Shown one piece after another: positions 1 to 18,205 of a stretch of 64,000 nt of DNA. This DNA comes from Myxococcota bacterium (GTDB lineage: Bacteria > Myxococcota_A > Polyangia > Polyangiales > Houyiibacteriaceae). The notes beneath the pieces were generated by a model. The model saw only the letters and a program-made list of their open reading frames with translations, did not search any database and had not been told where the DNA came from. Position 1 is the first letter of the stretch; each line of letters begins with the position of its first letter. Position numbers and translations under genes: made by a program. The stretch spans positions 1 to 64,000 of the forward strand of contig JBCCEA010000001.1 of NCBI GenBank assembly GCA_039030515.1, read 5' to 3'.

Positions 1-430
1 GAAGACGACGGTGACGGGCGTCGAGATGTTCCGGAAGCTGCTGGACCAGGGTCAAGCGGGAGACAACGTGGGCTGTCTGCTTCGGGGAGTTGGGAAAGAA
101 GAAGTGGAGCGAGGCCAGGTGCTGGCGGCGCCCGGCTCGGTAAGCACGCACCAGAAGTTTGAAGCCGAAGTGTACGTTCTCAGTAAAGAAGAGGGCGGGA
201 GGCACAAGCCATTTTTCACAAACTATCGACCCCAGTTTTACATGCGCACGATGGACGTGACGGGAACCATCTCACTGCCGGAAGAGGTCAAGATGGTGAT
301 GCCCGGAGACAACGTGAAAATGACGGTAGAGCTGATCACGAAAGTTGCGATGGAAGAAAAGCAGCGCTTTGCGATTCGTGAAGGTGGACGCACGGTAGGT
401 GCCGGCGTTATCGCTAATATTTTGGAATAG
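1..430 (+). CDS. tuf: Elongation factor Tu, 3' part (5'-truncated by the window)
   Basis: [11 protein letters not shown]...[22 protein letters not shown] and [13 protein letters not shown] are EF-Tu domain II/III motifs; frame is open from the window start. Confidence 0.98.
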   Translation, partial: KTTVTGVEMFRKLLDQGQAGDNVGCLLRGVGKEEVERGQVLAAPGSVSTHQKFEAEVYVLSKEEGGRHKPFFTNYRPQFYMRTMDVTGTISLPEEVKMVMPGDNVKMTVELITKVAMEEKQRFAIREGGRTVGAGVIANILE

Positions 431-439
431 GAACGCGGT

Positions 440-592
440 ATGCCGGTTCGTTCGCCTGTCGCGCTTGTGTGTTCTGAATGTGGCGCACGAAATTACCAAA
501 CAACTCGAACGCCGAACGCGAGAACACGTTTGCGGATTAAGAAATTTTGTGCCTTTTGCAACCATCACACGACTCACGAGGAGTCAAAGTAA
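440..592 (+). CDS. rpmG: 50S ribosomal protein L33, zinc-ribbon (C+) type, 50 aa
   Basis: Hand-translated MPVRSPVALVCSECGARNYQTT...KKFCAFCNHHTTHEESK with two CxxC pairs; canonical position between tuf and tRNA-Trp/secE; too short for the ORF track. Confidence 0.93.
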   Translation: MPVRSPVALVCSECGARNYQTTRTPNARTRLRIKKFCAFCNHHTTHEESK

Positions 593-602
593 GATTCAGC
601 AA

Positions 603-679
603 AGGCCAGTAGCTCCAATTGGTAGAGCAGCGGATTCCAAATCCGCGGGTTGTGGGTTCGAATCCCTCCTGGCCTGCCA
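603..679 (+). tRNA. trnW: tRNA-Trp (CCA anticodon)
   Basis: Acceptor stem AGGCCAG/CTGGCCT, anticodon arm GCGGA-TTCCAAA-TCCGC, GGTTCGAATCC T-loop, encoded 3' CCA. Confidence 0.97.
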
Positions 680-709
680 GCTATTGTAATCCGCTAGACC
701 GAGGAATGA

Positions 710-1114
710 ATGAACCAGAACAACGACAACATGATAGGGCCAACTCGGGCGTTGGGAATGGAACGTTGGGTACAGTTTGGCTTTATCGTTGCCGCGCTCG
801 GTCTGTTCTGGGTATTGGACCACGTGGTTTGGTCCATTTGGGATTTGTGGGCTGAGCCAAGTTCGGTGCTGGTTACCACTACCGCGGCACTTGTATCGAT
901 TGCCGTGGTTTGGTCTGGCTATCAAGTCCCGCGGTACCGAAGCTTTATTCAGGAAGTTGCCGGAGAGCTATCGCGTGTTACATGGCCCTCGCGACAAGAG
1001 ACATGGTCTCACACGGTCGTTGTCGTAATCGTTTCACTGATCGCGGCCGTTATTCTAGGAATATTCGACGCAGCATGGTCTGCGATAACTGACCTTATAT
1101 ATAGTCGAGCATGA
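710..1114 (+). CDS. secE: Preprotein translocase subunit SecE (three-TM type)
   Basis: ELSRVTWPSRQET motif followed by a TM helix; directly upstream of nusG. Confidence 0.93.
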   Translation: MNQNNDNMIGPTRALGMERWVQFGFIVAALGLFWVLDHVVWSIWDLWAEPSSVLVTTTAALVSIAVVWSGYQVPRYRSFIQEVAGELSRVTWPSRQETWSHTVVVVIVSLIAAVILGIFDAAWSAITDLIYSRA

Positions 1115-1773
1115 CGAGCGAAATCACTACATCCGCTGAGGAGAATCCCGGTTCTGATGAAGAGAGAAGTGCTCTTCATTCTGAGCGATCGGAGCAACAC
1201 GAGGAGACAGAGCACTCGGCTTCCGTAAGTGAGAGTGCCTCAAGTCGCTTCAAATGGTACGTCGTTCAGGCATACTCCGGCTACGAGAGCAAGGTCAAAA
1301 TCTCTTTAGAGGAACGCATCAAACAGGCTGATCTTGAAAGCCGATTTGGAGAAATCCTCATACCGAAGGAAAATATCCAAGAAAGCCGAGGTGGTAATCG
1401 TAAGGTTACCAGTAAAAATTTCTATCCCGGCTACATTTTTGTGCAGATTGATCTGAACGAGGACACTTGGCACCTGATCAAGAACACACCGAAGGTCAAC
1501 GGCTTCATCGGAGGTCATAAACCGACTCCGGTGCCTGATACTGAGATTCAAGCAATATCAGAACAAGTTGCTGAAGGGGCAGCAAAGCCTAAACCCCGCG
1601 TAGTCTTCGAACAAGGCGATCATATTCGAGTGATCGACGGAGCATTCGCCAACTTCACCGGCTCCGTAGAAGAGGTGAAGCCCGACAAACAAAAGGTGAA
1701 GGTTTTGGTGTCCATATTCGGCCGGGCCACTCCGGTCGAGCTCGACTATGCCCAGGTCGAGAAAACGGTTTGA
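1111..1773 (+). CDS. nusG: Transcription termination/antitermination factor NusG with acidic N-terminal extension
   Basis: KWYVVQAYSGYE, FYPGYIFV, KOW motif DGAFANFTG, VSIFGRATPVEL. Confidence 0.97.
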   Translation: MTSEITTSAEENPGSDEERSALHSERSEQHEETEHSASVSESASSRFKWYVVQAYSGYESKVKISLEERIKQADLESRFGEILIPKENIQESRGGNRKVTSKNFYPGYIFVQIDLNEDTWHLIKNTPKVNGFIGGHKPTPVPDTEIQAISEQVAEGAAKPKPRVVFEQGDHIRVIDGAFANFTGSVEEVKPDKQKVKVLVSIFGRATPVELDYAQVEKTV

Positions 1774-1794
1774 GGAACGGTTGAGAAACGAGCC

Positions 1795-2268
1795 ATGAAA
1801 AAGGTTATCGGAAGCATCAAGCTGCAGTTGCCAGCAAACAAGGCGAATCCCTCGCCTCCCGTTGGTCCGGCACTCGGTCAGCACGGGGTCAACATCATGG
1901 CCTTCTGCAAAGAGTTCAACGCACGGACAAAAGACCGCGAAGGCATGATTATTCCGGTCGTTATCACTGTGTTCGCAGACCGGACCTTTGCCTTCATACT
2001 GAAAACACCTCCTGTGGCGGTCCTGATCAAAGTAGCACTTGGTTTGCCGGTTCAGGGCAAACCTGGATCAGGTTCCTCGGAGCCTAACAAAACTAAGATC
2101 GGTGTTCTAACCGAGAAACAGCTTCGCGAAATCGCTGAAACCAAGCTCGAAGATACCAATGCAGCCTCGATAGAAGCGTGCATGAAATCGGTTGCTGGCA
2201 CTGCCCGTTCGATGGGAGTAGACGTCGAATGGGAGCAAACTGTTGAGGACGACAAACAGGCTGCGTAA
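1795..2268 (+). CDS. rplK: 50S ribosomal protein L11
   Basis: [36 protein letters not shown]. Confidence 0.98.
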   Translation: MKKVIGSIKLQLPANKANPSPPVGPALGQHGVNIMAFCKEFNARTKDREGMIIPVVITVFADRTFAFILKTPPVAVLIKVALGLPVQGKPGSGSSEPNKTKIGVLTEKQLREIAETKLEDTNAASIEACMKSVAGTARSMGVDVEWEQTVEDDKQAA

Positions 2269-2390
2269 AGAACCAGCGAGCCGAGGCTCTGAAGCTCCTG
2301 TACGGAGACTTAGCCAAGAAAAAGAGAACACGAACGAAGAACGCACTTGGTGGCGCGTCACCCCTGTTCATTCCACACCGCTCAGCGCGT

Positions 2391-2425
2391 AGGGCGGGAG
2401 GCGATAGCACGCCGTAAGGAACGTT
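2391..2425 (+). promoter_or_regulatory. Possible L1-binding translational operator upstream of rplA
   Basis: GGGAG followed by a GGCG/CGCC hairpin and TAA just before the rplA start; resembles L1-binding leaders, judged by eye only. Confidence 0.3.
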
Positions 2426-3127
2426 ATGAAAGTTGGAAAGAGGCGTCGTCGACCAATAGAGACCGTCGACCGGACTATGAAGTACAGCCTGCCGGATGCA
2501 TGCCATCTCATCAAAGATTTAGCGTATGCCAATTTTGATGAGTCGGTAGAGCTCGCCGTAAGGCTTGGTGTCAATCCGAAGCACGCCGATCAGCAGGTTC
2601 GCGGAGCGGTTGTATTGCCTCACGGCACAGGCAAGAGCAATCGGGTACTGGTGTTCGCGAAAGGTGACAAGGCCAACGAAGCCGAATCTGCAGGCGCCGA
2701 CTTTGTCGGTGCTGAGGACTTAGTGGCGAAGATCACTGACGGGTGGATGGAATTCGACACAGTTGTATCGACACCAGATTTGATGGGCCAAGTAGGCAGG
2801 CTGGGCCGAGTGCTTGGGCCTCGTGGATTGATGCCAAACCCCAAAGTCGGAACTGTTACTTTCGACGTGGCCAAAGCTGTTCGGGAGTCTAAGGCTGGTA
2901 AGGTTGAGTTTCGAGTAGAACGGCAAGGTGCGATCGTTCACGCTCGCGTCGGCAAACGCTCTTTCTCCAATGAACAGATTGCAAACAATGTTCGCGCTTT
3001 GGTCAGTGCGCTGGTTAAAGCAAAACCAGCTGCGGCCAAGGGAACCTATCTCCGAGCCCTCAGTATCAGTACCACCATGGGTGCCGGCGTGAAAATCGAC
3101 CCCAGCAGTATCGAGGTTGAGGCCTGA
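2426..3127 (+). CDS. rplA: 50S ribosomal protein L1
   Basis: [47 protein letters not shown]. Confidence 0.98.
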   Translation: MKVGKRRRRPIETVDRTMKYSLPDACHLIKDLAYANFDESVELAVRLGVNPKHADQQVRGAVVLPHGTGKSNRVLVFAKGDKANEAESAGADFVGAEDLVAKITDGWMEFDTVVSTPDLMGQVGRLGRVLGPRGLMPNPKVGTVTFDVAKAVRESKAGKVEFRVERQGAIVHARVGKRSFSNEQIANNVRALVSALVKAKPAAAKGTYLRALSISTTMGAGVKIDPSSIEVEA

Positions 3128-3128
3128 G

Positions 3129-3683
3129 ATGACATTATCCAAAGATCAAAAGACAGCGGTTGTAGCGGCGGTTCGAGATCGATTTAGTCGGTCTGTTTCT
3201 TCGGTGTTCGTCGACTTTCGTGGAATCGATGTTGCAACGATCACCGAACTCAGAACGAAGTTTCGGGCTGCCGGGATTGAATATCAGGTTGTGAAAAACA
3301 ACCTGGTCCGAAAAGCGTTAGAGGAAACTCCCATCGTGAACAACGAGGTGTTCATGAACGCCTTGGTTGGTCCGACTGGGATTGCATGGAGCTACGAGGA
3401 TCCATCCTCTGCTGCAAAAATACTCAGGGATTTTCGCAAAGAGCGAAAAGATGAGCCCAACAATATTGAAATCAAATGCGGCATCCTCGATGATGCCGTT
3501 CTCGACGGGGATAGAGTAGAAAAAGATCTCGCTAGTCTGCCCGGTAAAGACGAAATCCGATCTATGCTGTTGGCCCAACTGATGGCTCCGGCAGAGCAGT
3601 TCGTGCGTCAGATAGGCGCACCGGCGCAAAATCTTGCCTACGCACTCGATGCCTATTGCAAGAAGCAAGAAGGCGGAGTCTGA
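3129..3683 (+). CDS. rplJ: 50S ribosomal protein L10
   Basis: DFRGIDV...ELR, VVKNNL, GPTGIA, LASLPGKDE; ATG 1 nt after the rplA stop. Confidence 0.95.
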   Translation: MTLSKDQKTAVVAAVRDRFSRSVSSVFVDFRGIDVATITELRTKFRAAGIEYQVVKNNLVRKALEETPIVNNEVFMNALVGPTGIAWSYEDPSSAAKILRDFRKERKDEPNNIEIKCGILDDAVLDGDRVEKDLASLPGKDEIRSMLLAQLMAPAEQFVRQIGAPAQNLAYALDAYCKKQEGGV

Positions 3684-3872
3684 GGTATCCAGGCTCTTTC
3701 GAGTGTTTTGGCACTCGTACCATGCGTCTCTGACTCAGGCCCTCTCAAGAGACGCTGTGTAGCCCAATCAGATGAGTTTTGCGTTCAACTAAACGAGCGC
3801 TTTTTTTGAACAAAGTAATACCAAAATTTTTCCGCGCGCCGCGCGGTCGTATAAAGCGGAGTCAATAGGAAC

Positions 3873-4253
3873 ATGGCGAATATGAACGTCGAACAAATGG
3901 TCGAAGAGCTTAGCTCTTGGTCCGTGATGGAAGTGGCCAACCTTGTTAAAGCCCTTGAAGAAAGCTGGGGTGTATCAGCTGCACCTGCAGCTGTTGCGAT
4001 GGCGGCAGCCCCTGGCGCTGCCGAAGAGGCCGAACCAGAACAAACGGAATTCTCAGTCGAGCTCTCCGAAGTAGGTGGTAAGAAGATTCAGGTCATCAAG
4101 GCGATTCGCGAGATTACCCAGCTGGGACTCGCAGATGCGAAAGCGTTGGTAGAGGCCGCCCCCAAGGTAGTCAAAGAAGCAGTCTCCAAAGACGAGGCCG
4201 AGGAGATCAAAAAGAAGCTCGAAGAGGCTGGGGCCAAGGCCACCCTTAAGTAG
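3873..4253 (+). CDS. rplL: 50S ribosomal protein L7/L12
   Basis: [41 protein letters not shown]. Confidence 0.98.
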   Translation: MANMNVEQMVEELSSWSVMEVANLVKALEESWGVSAAPAAVAMAAAPGAAEEAEPEQTEFSVELSEVGGKKIQVIKAIREITQLGLADAKALVEAAPKVVKEAVSKDEAEEIKKKLEEAGAKATLK

Positions 4254-4540
4254 TGTATCAGAACGATTGCGGATATTTACCGATTGCTTGTCGGCGAGAA
4301 GTTTCTCTGCGGCGTGTCTCCGGTGCGTTCGGCGCACGATTCGTAATCGATATCGGAACCGAAGGAGAAATCATCTTGCGTTCGTGTTCCAGCATACTAA
4401 TGCCCGGTCGTCATCAAGGCGGTCTCATGTTCGACTCAATGGTTGAGTCGCGCAAGTAGCCGTATACGACGTCCGGGTCTTTGTTCTTCTTATCCCTATA
4501 ACTTATGCAACCCGATTCCGGCTCAGGAGCCACAGTACCC

Positions 4541-8689
<4,149 letters not shown>

Positions 8690-8693
8690 TCGA

Positions 8694-12890
<4,197 letters not shown>

Positions 12891-12908
12891 GCTTCTCTGA
12901 GTGTAGGT

Positions 12909-12945
12909 AGGAAAAGGGGGGCCATAGACTGGTCCTCCTTTTTCT
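12909..12945. terminator. Probable bidirectional rho-independent terminator
   Basis: GAAAAGGGGGGCCA-TAGAC-TGGTCCTCCTTTTTC hairpin with A and T tracts between convergent rpoC and the phosphorylase gene. Confidence 0.8.
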
Positions 12946-12956
12946 ATTAACACCTT

Positions 12957-14303
12957 TTATTCGCGAACGTACTCAAGCACCCTGGTTTGCGATGCATTTC
13001 GATGCGTCCCTATCGTGTACGCGGTTTGAATCCGGTTCAGGGTTTTTGCAGCATGCGTGCAATCCCGCACATGAAGCACCGCCAAGGAAGTTCCAACTTC
13101 GACTCGATCGCCAACATGTTTCTTGAGCTCGATGCCGACCGCAGGATCGACCTCATCATCTATTTGGTTCCTTCCTGCACCGAGTGCCACCGAGCACTGC
13201 CCAACTTCGAAGGCATCGAGACGCGTTACGTAGCCGCTTTGCGTTGACGTCACCTCAATCAGATGAGGTGCAGCGGGAAGTCGGTCATGTTCCCTAACAA
13301 CCCTGGGATCTCCATGTTGAGCCTTGATGATCTCCTCCATTTTGGTTGCCGCACGACCGCGGACAAGAGCCTGCTCAAGTCTTTTTCGAGCTCTTGCTTC
13401 ACTCGACTCGACATTCCCCAGAAGAAGCATCTCCACACCTAAAACAAGGGTCAATTCTCGAACGTCCTCAGGACCTCGTCCAAGCAGTACTTCAAAAGCC
13501 TCTCGCGTTTCTAGAGCGTTGCCGACCGCGTTGCCAAGAGGGGCATCCATGTCCGTGAGCACCGCTGAGATATTCTTGCCGGCAAGGGTCCCGACTTGCA
13601 CGAGTAAGCGAGCAAGTCGGCGTGCATCTTCCAGCGTTTTCATAAAAGCGCCCCTACCGACCTTCACGTCAAGCACCAACGCGTCAACTCCAGCTGCCAA
13701 CTTCTTCGAGAGGATACTCGATACGATAAGCGGGATGGATTCCACGGTGGCCGTGACATCTCTCAGTGCATAGAGTCGCTTGTCTGCCGGTACGATGTCC
13801 GCTGTCTGGCCGATTAGAGCACATCCGATTTGATGTATTTGCCGAACATAGGCATCCGTTGAAAGGGCTACGTGAAAGCCTGGGATCGCCTCCAGCTTGT
13901 CGAGTGTACCTCCTGTATGGCCGAGGCCTCTGCCGCTGATCATCGGCAACGGAACTCCGCAAGCGGCCACTAGAGGTGCAAGGCAGATGCTGATCTTATC
14001 TCCCACCCCACCCGTCGAGTGTTTGTCGACTTTGATGCCCTGAATGCCGCTTAGGTCGACAACCTCGCCGCTGTCACGCATCGCTAGCGTAAGCGCAGTG
14101 GTTTCACTCGGCGTCATGCCCTGAAAGTAGACCGCCATTGCGAAGGCGCTCATCTGGTAGTCGGTGATCTCTCCCGAGACGAACCCTTCCACTAGTCGGC
14201 CGATTTCCGCCGGTGGGAGTTCCTCACCATCACGCTTTTTTGCGATCAGCTCTGTAGTAGAGAATCCAGCTATAGAATCCCCGAGCGTGCTTTTTACTTG
14301 CAT
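12957..14303 (-). CDS. deoA: Thymidine/pyrimidine-nucleoside phosphorylase
   Basis: VDKHSTGGVGDK, SGRGLGHTGGTLDKLE, LYALRDVTATV, SILSKK, DVKVGRGAFMK. Confidence 0.95.
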   Translation of the reverse strand: MQVKSTLGDSIAGFSTTELIAKKRDGEELPPAEIGRLVEGFVSGEITDYQMSAFAMAVYFQGMTPSETTALTLAMRDSGEVVDLSGIQGIKVDKHSTGGVGDKISICLAPLVAACGVPLPMISGRGLGHTGGTLDKLEAIPGFHVALSTDAYVRQIHQIGCALIGQTADIVPADKRLYALRDVTATVESIPLIVSSILSKKLAAGVDALVLDVKVGRGAFMKTLEDARRLARLLVQVGTLAGKNISAVLTDMDAPLGNAVGNALETREAFEVLLGRGPEDVRELTLVLGVEMLLLGNVESSEARARKRLEQALVRGRAATKMEEIIKAQHGDPRVVREHDRLPAAPHLIEVTSTQSGYVTRLDAFEVGQCSVALGAGRNQIDDEVDPAVGIELKKHVGDRVEVGTSLAVLHVRDCTHAAKTLNRIQTAYTIGTHRNASQTRVLEYVRE

Positions 14304-14443
14304 CGTGATAGCAGAAATATTGGCATCGTTCTTCAGCCTCTTTTGTGAAGACAGGGATAAGAGTACTGGCTTATGCGAAACTCATCCAACGAAGTCTTAT
14401 GCATAGCGGGAGCCAATAGGGTGAAAGCTCTTCGGTGAATTAG

Positions 14444-16756
14444 CTATCGTTTCTTACCAGAGCGGCGCTGATGCCGACTTTTGTTCTGGCGAGTCTTCCT
14501 GCGTACTTGATCTCGCTCACGGTTTTGACGTTGTTGCCCTCTTGAGGACTCTTTCGACGTGGGAAATGAACGAGCCTCGGGAGTTGAGTGCGGTTGCTCC
14601 TTGTAATTGGCGGGTAGCGCTACGAGTCGTCGGTTTGCAATATCCGCATTTTCGAGCCGCACTCGAATGGGATCACCTAAGGAAAACTGAAAAGAGGTGA
14701 ATCGGCCAGTGAGCGTGATGCCTAACGGATCGAGTTCAAACTCGTCTCGAAGACGTTCGAGCGGTACCATCGCTTCCACAAAAGGCTCATCAAAAACGAC
14801 CCAGAAAGAGTCTTCGCTGACCGATGATATCGACGCCTGAAATTCTTCTCCAATACGTTCCCGTACTAGCAATACTCGATATAGGTCCATCACGCTGCGC
14901 TCGACCTTCATCGCACGCCGTTCGAGGAAGCTTGCCTCACTACACGTATGTTTGATTTTCGGTTTCAGGGTGGCGAAATCGAGCGGCTTTTGTCTCAGAT
15001 GAGCTTTCAGAAGTCGATGCAGTACCAAGTCGGGGTAACGTCTTATCGGTGAAGTAAAATGTGCGTATTCTTTGAGTGCTAAGCCGAAGTGTCCGATATT
15101 TTGCGTGTTGTAAGATGCTTGTTGCATCGAGCGTAGTAACAGGAAGTTGAGAACCTTCGCTCTCGGCGCTTTTTGAATTTTTTTGAGAGATCGAGCGAGA
15201 CTCTTGGGGTCCTCGAGCTCCTCAGGTTCGATCGGGTGGCCCAGTGCGGAGGCGACCTTAGCAAAACCTTCGAGTTTCTTTGGGTCTGGTGAACCATGTA
15301 CTCGGTATGGACAAGGAATTCTATGTTTGGTCATCTGTTGTGCGACAAGTTCATTGGCCAGCAGCATTAGATCCTCGACAAGTTGGTACGCTTCGCGAAC
15401 TCCGGTATCGCGTTTGCTGCGCACGACGTCGATCGGCAGTATTCCATCATCGTCAAGACGAACTCGTGCCTCGTCCACTTCCAACTCGAGTGCACCACGT
15501 CTTTTTCTCTTCTTTCGCAGCAGACGACTCACCTCGAGGAGTACCTGGAGCGTATTTAAGTGTTTTAGCGCCTCTCGCTCGACGGGAGCTTGAGAGCTTA
15601 AATTTAAGGCGTGCGCCGCGCCCTCGTAGCTGAGCCGAGCGCGAGAACGCATAAGGCCTTCCACAAAACTATAGCTCCGTATAGCGCCGCTCGAGCTGAG
15701 GCGAATATCTACAGCCATGCACATGCGATCTTTACCAGGAACTAAAGATGCAAGTTTCGAAGAAAGCTCTGGTGGCAGCATTGGAATAGCGCGATCTGGT
15801 AGGTAGATGGAACATCCTCTGCGCTCGGCTTCCTCATCCATGGCGCTGCCTTCATTCACGTAGTGTGAAACATCAGCGATTGCTATGATGACCCGAAAAT
15901 CTCCATCCGAATCGACTTCGGCATAAAGTGCGTCGTCGTGGTCTCGTGCGTCACTTGGGTCGATCGTGACAAGAGGCATGGGCCGTAAATCAACGCGTTC
16001 CTTTCGTTCACTCGCGAGCACCCGATTGGGTAGAGCCTCGGCCTCTGCCGCCACCGCTGCCGGAAAAACTTCGACAATGGACTCCGCCAGCTTGATTTTC
16101 GCGACTTCGACGGATGCATCTCCTTCTGGGCCCAAGACGTCGACTACGCGCACCTCAACGGTTTCCCTGCTGTGTTGGGGATAGCGTACGACTTCAGCCA
16201 ACACCGTGACTCCAGGACCAGCCTCGCGAGGCACGGTGCCGGAGATCGGTATCGGGCCTTGAATGCGAAGATCGTCGGGATCAAGCCAGATGTCCCTTCG
16301 TTTTCGGCGCACGATGCCGGTTAGCCAGCGCAGACTTCGTTCCAGAATCTCTACGACTTCTCCCTCGCGTCCTTTCGCGCTTGGCCATACCCCCACCGCA
16401 ACTCGGTCGCCGTGGACTGCCCCTGCAAGCCTTTCGGCGGGGATAAAGGCATCCGGTCCACCGTCCGCTAGGCTGACGAAACCAAAGCCGCGACGGCTCA
16501 TCGAGAGACGACCTTGTTGACTGCCCCGAGCGGCTGTCCGCGCTCTGATTTGCCTGCGAACTTTGGCTACTCGAAATCGCAGACCAGGCAGCTGCTTGAT
16601 CGTTCCAGCTGTTTCTAACTGATCCAATACCGCGAGGATTGAGTCCCTGTTTTCTTTGGCAAGTCCAAGCATACTTAAGAGTTCGCCAAAGTGGATGGAA
16701 CGGGGTGCTCGGGATCGCAGGGCGGAAAGGACCGCTTCGGGGCTCACAGCATTCAT
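14444..16756 (-). CDS. rnr: Ribonuclease R (RNB family)
   Basis: Cold-shock domain (GFGFV), TIDPSDARDHDDA catalytic aspartates, HFTSPIRRYPDL, S1-like region and basic C-terminal tail. Confidence 0.92.
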   Translation of the reverse strand: MNAVSPEAVLSALRSRAPRSIHFGELLSMLGLAKENRDSILAVLDQLETAGTIKQLPGLRFRVAKVRRQIRARTAARGSQQGRLSMSRRGFGFVSLADGGPDAFIPAERLAGAVHGDRVAVGVWPSAKGREGEVVEILERSLRWLTGIVRRKRRDIWLDPDDLRIQGPIPISGTVPREAGPGVTVLAEVVRYPQHSRETVEVRVVDVLGPEGDASVEVAKIKLAESIVEVFPAAVAAEAEALPNRVLASERKERVDLRPMPLVTIDPSDARDHDDALYAEVDSDGDFRVIIAIADVSHYVNEGSAMDEEAERRGCSIYLPDRAIPMLPPELSSKLASLVPGKDRMCMAVDIRLSSSGAIRSYSFVEGLMRSRARLSYEGAAHALNLSSQAPVEREALKHLNTLQVLLEVSRLLRKKRKRRGALELEVDEARVRLDDDGILPIDVVRSKRDTGVREAYQLVEDLMLLANELVAQQMTKHRIPCPYRVHGSPDPKKLEGFAKVASALGHPIEPEELEDPKSLARSLKKIQKAPRAKVLNFLLLRSMQQASYNTQNIGHFGLALKEYAHFTSPIRRYPDLVLHRLLKAHLRQKPLDFATLKPKIKHTCSEASFLERRAMKVERSVMDLYRVLLVRERIGEEFQASISSVSEDSFWVVFDEPFVEAMVPLERLRDEFELDPLGITLTGRFTSFQFSLGDPIRVRLENADIANRRLVALPANYKEQPHSTPEARSFPTSKESSRGQQRQNRERDQVRRKTRQNKSRHQRRSGKKR

Positions 16757-16810
16757 CTGGTGCTCAATGATAAAAAAGTATTCATGGTTTACTGCAACGA
16801 CAGTTAAGGG

Positions 16811-18196
16811 TTACCGCAGAGCGTAAATCCCGCCGTCGTCTGCCCCCACATAGAGGGTTCCGTCAGCGCCCAACGCGATGGTTGAATCCACGTCCTGGCC
16901 AATATTGTACTGCCAGAGTTGTTCTCCCTCAGGGGAGAAGGCGTAGATGTTGTCGTCCTGCGATCCAACGAAGATGCATCCCTCACTATCGATTCGGGCA
17001 GACGCACGAATACGACCAGAGGTTCTCGCCTTCCAGCGCAACCCTCCTGTTGGTTCTATGGCGTAGAGAAAGTGATCATAAGATCCGACCACGATGGTGC
17101 CGTCGCGTGCGATCGCCGGAGTGGCTCGCACATCGCTTCCAGTTTCAAATTTCCAAAGTGGTTGTCCGGACGAATTGAAGGCCAGCACGTGGCCTAAATC
17201 ATTACCTATGTAGATAGTGCCGTCCTCACCGATCGCTGCCCCGCCGTCTATACTGGCACCCCCATCCGCCGTCCAGACTTGGCTACCCTCGAGCGAGATC
17301 GCCAAGACTTGTCCGTCAGGTGTACCGACGACAACCAGTCCGCTCGGATGAAGTGTTGGTGAACTTCGCACATGGGATGCAGTGGGCATGTGCCACAGCA
17401 CCTCGCCTCTTGAGGAGATCGCGTAGACACCTGCAGCGGTTGCGTAGAAGTTTCCATCGGAACCGACCGCCGGGCTGCCGTCGATCGCTTCCCCTAGGTC
17501 GACACGAAATCGAAGTTGCCCAGCATGGGTGAGACCCACGATCGAGCCATCGTCGCTTCCCACAACTACAGTCCCATCGTTGAGTAGGGCCGCCGTGCTG
17601 TAGATGCGGTCTCCAGCCGAGTAGCGCCACCGAACCGATCCGTCATGCATCCCAAGCGCATTGAAACTGCCATCTAAGGATCCGATAAAAACCAAGTCGT
17701 TGGGTGCGAGAATTGGTGAGGCGAACACGCGGGCTTGAGTTCGATGCACCCATTGCAGGGTGGGCTGTCGCCGAGGACCTACAAAGCTGCTTCTGCCTCG
17801 ATGGTAGGGTCCTCCCATAAACATCGGTTTCTCGGTCCAATTCGAGTGTGGCTCCGGTTCTCGCTCTTCCGCTGAAGGGGCACCCGAGCGCGATGGTGCG
17901 ACGGCGTCCTGTTCTACAGGTGCTTCCGAGCGGTTTTCGAGACTTGCTCGATTTGTTTTCGCAGCGTGAACCTCAGCCCGCACCTCCTCGAGGAAGCGAC
18001 AACGACCTTCGTGACAGATCCGATCCGCACGGCATTCTCGATCAGACATGCACGGCTGCGGGGCCGTGGGTCTCCCGCTACAGGAAACTACGAACACGAT
18101 GAATATCAGCAGTCCCAAGCTGGACCAGCCGACTGAGGTCAAGCGGTAGGACACGGCCGGCGAACATACGATGTTCAGATGTGTTTCGAAAGCCAT
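16811..18196 (-). CDS. PQQ-like (BamB-type) beta-propeller lipoprotein with a short Cys-rich N-terminal module
   Basis: Hydrophobic leader ending VVSC; CMSDRECRADRICHEGRC; repeated SP/TP-A-I-xx-DG-xIYVGSxD...YA...G...W blades; start uncertain. Confidence 0.82.
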   Translation of the reverse strand: MAFETHLNIVCSPAVSYRLTSVGWSSLGLLIFIVFVVSCSGRPTAPQPCMSDRECRADRICHEGRCRFLEEVRAEVHAAKTNRASLENRSEAPVEQDAVAPSRSGAPSAEEREPEPHSNWTEKPMFMGGPYHRGRSSFVGPRRQPTLQWVHRTQARVFASPILAPNDLVFIGSLDGSFNALGMHDGSVRWRYSAGDRIYSTAALLNDGTVVVGSDDGSIVGLTHAGQLRFRVDLGEAIDGSPAVGSDGNFYATAAGVYAISSRGEVLWHMPTASHVRSSPTLHPSGLVVVGTPDGQVLAISLEGSQVWTADGGASIDGGAAIGEDGTIYIGNDLGHVLAFNSSGQPLWKFETGSDVRATPAIARDGTIVVGSYDHFLYAIEPTGGLRWKARTSGRIRASARIDSEGCIFVGSQDDNIYAFSPEGEQLWQYNIGQDVDSTIALGADGTLYVGADDGGIYALR

Positions 18197-18205
18197 CAGG
18201 CACCA

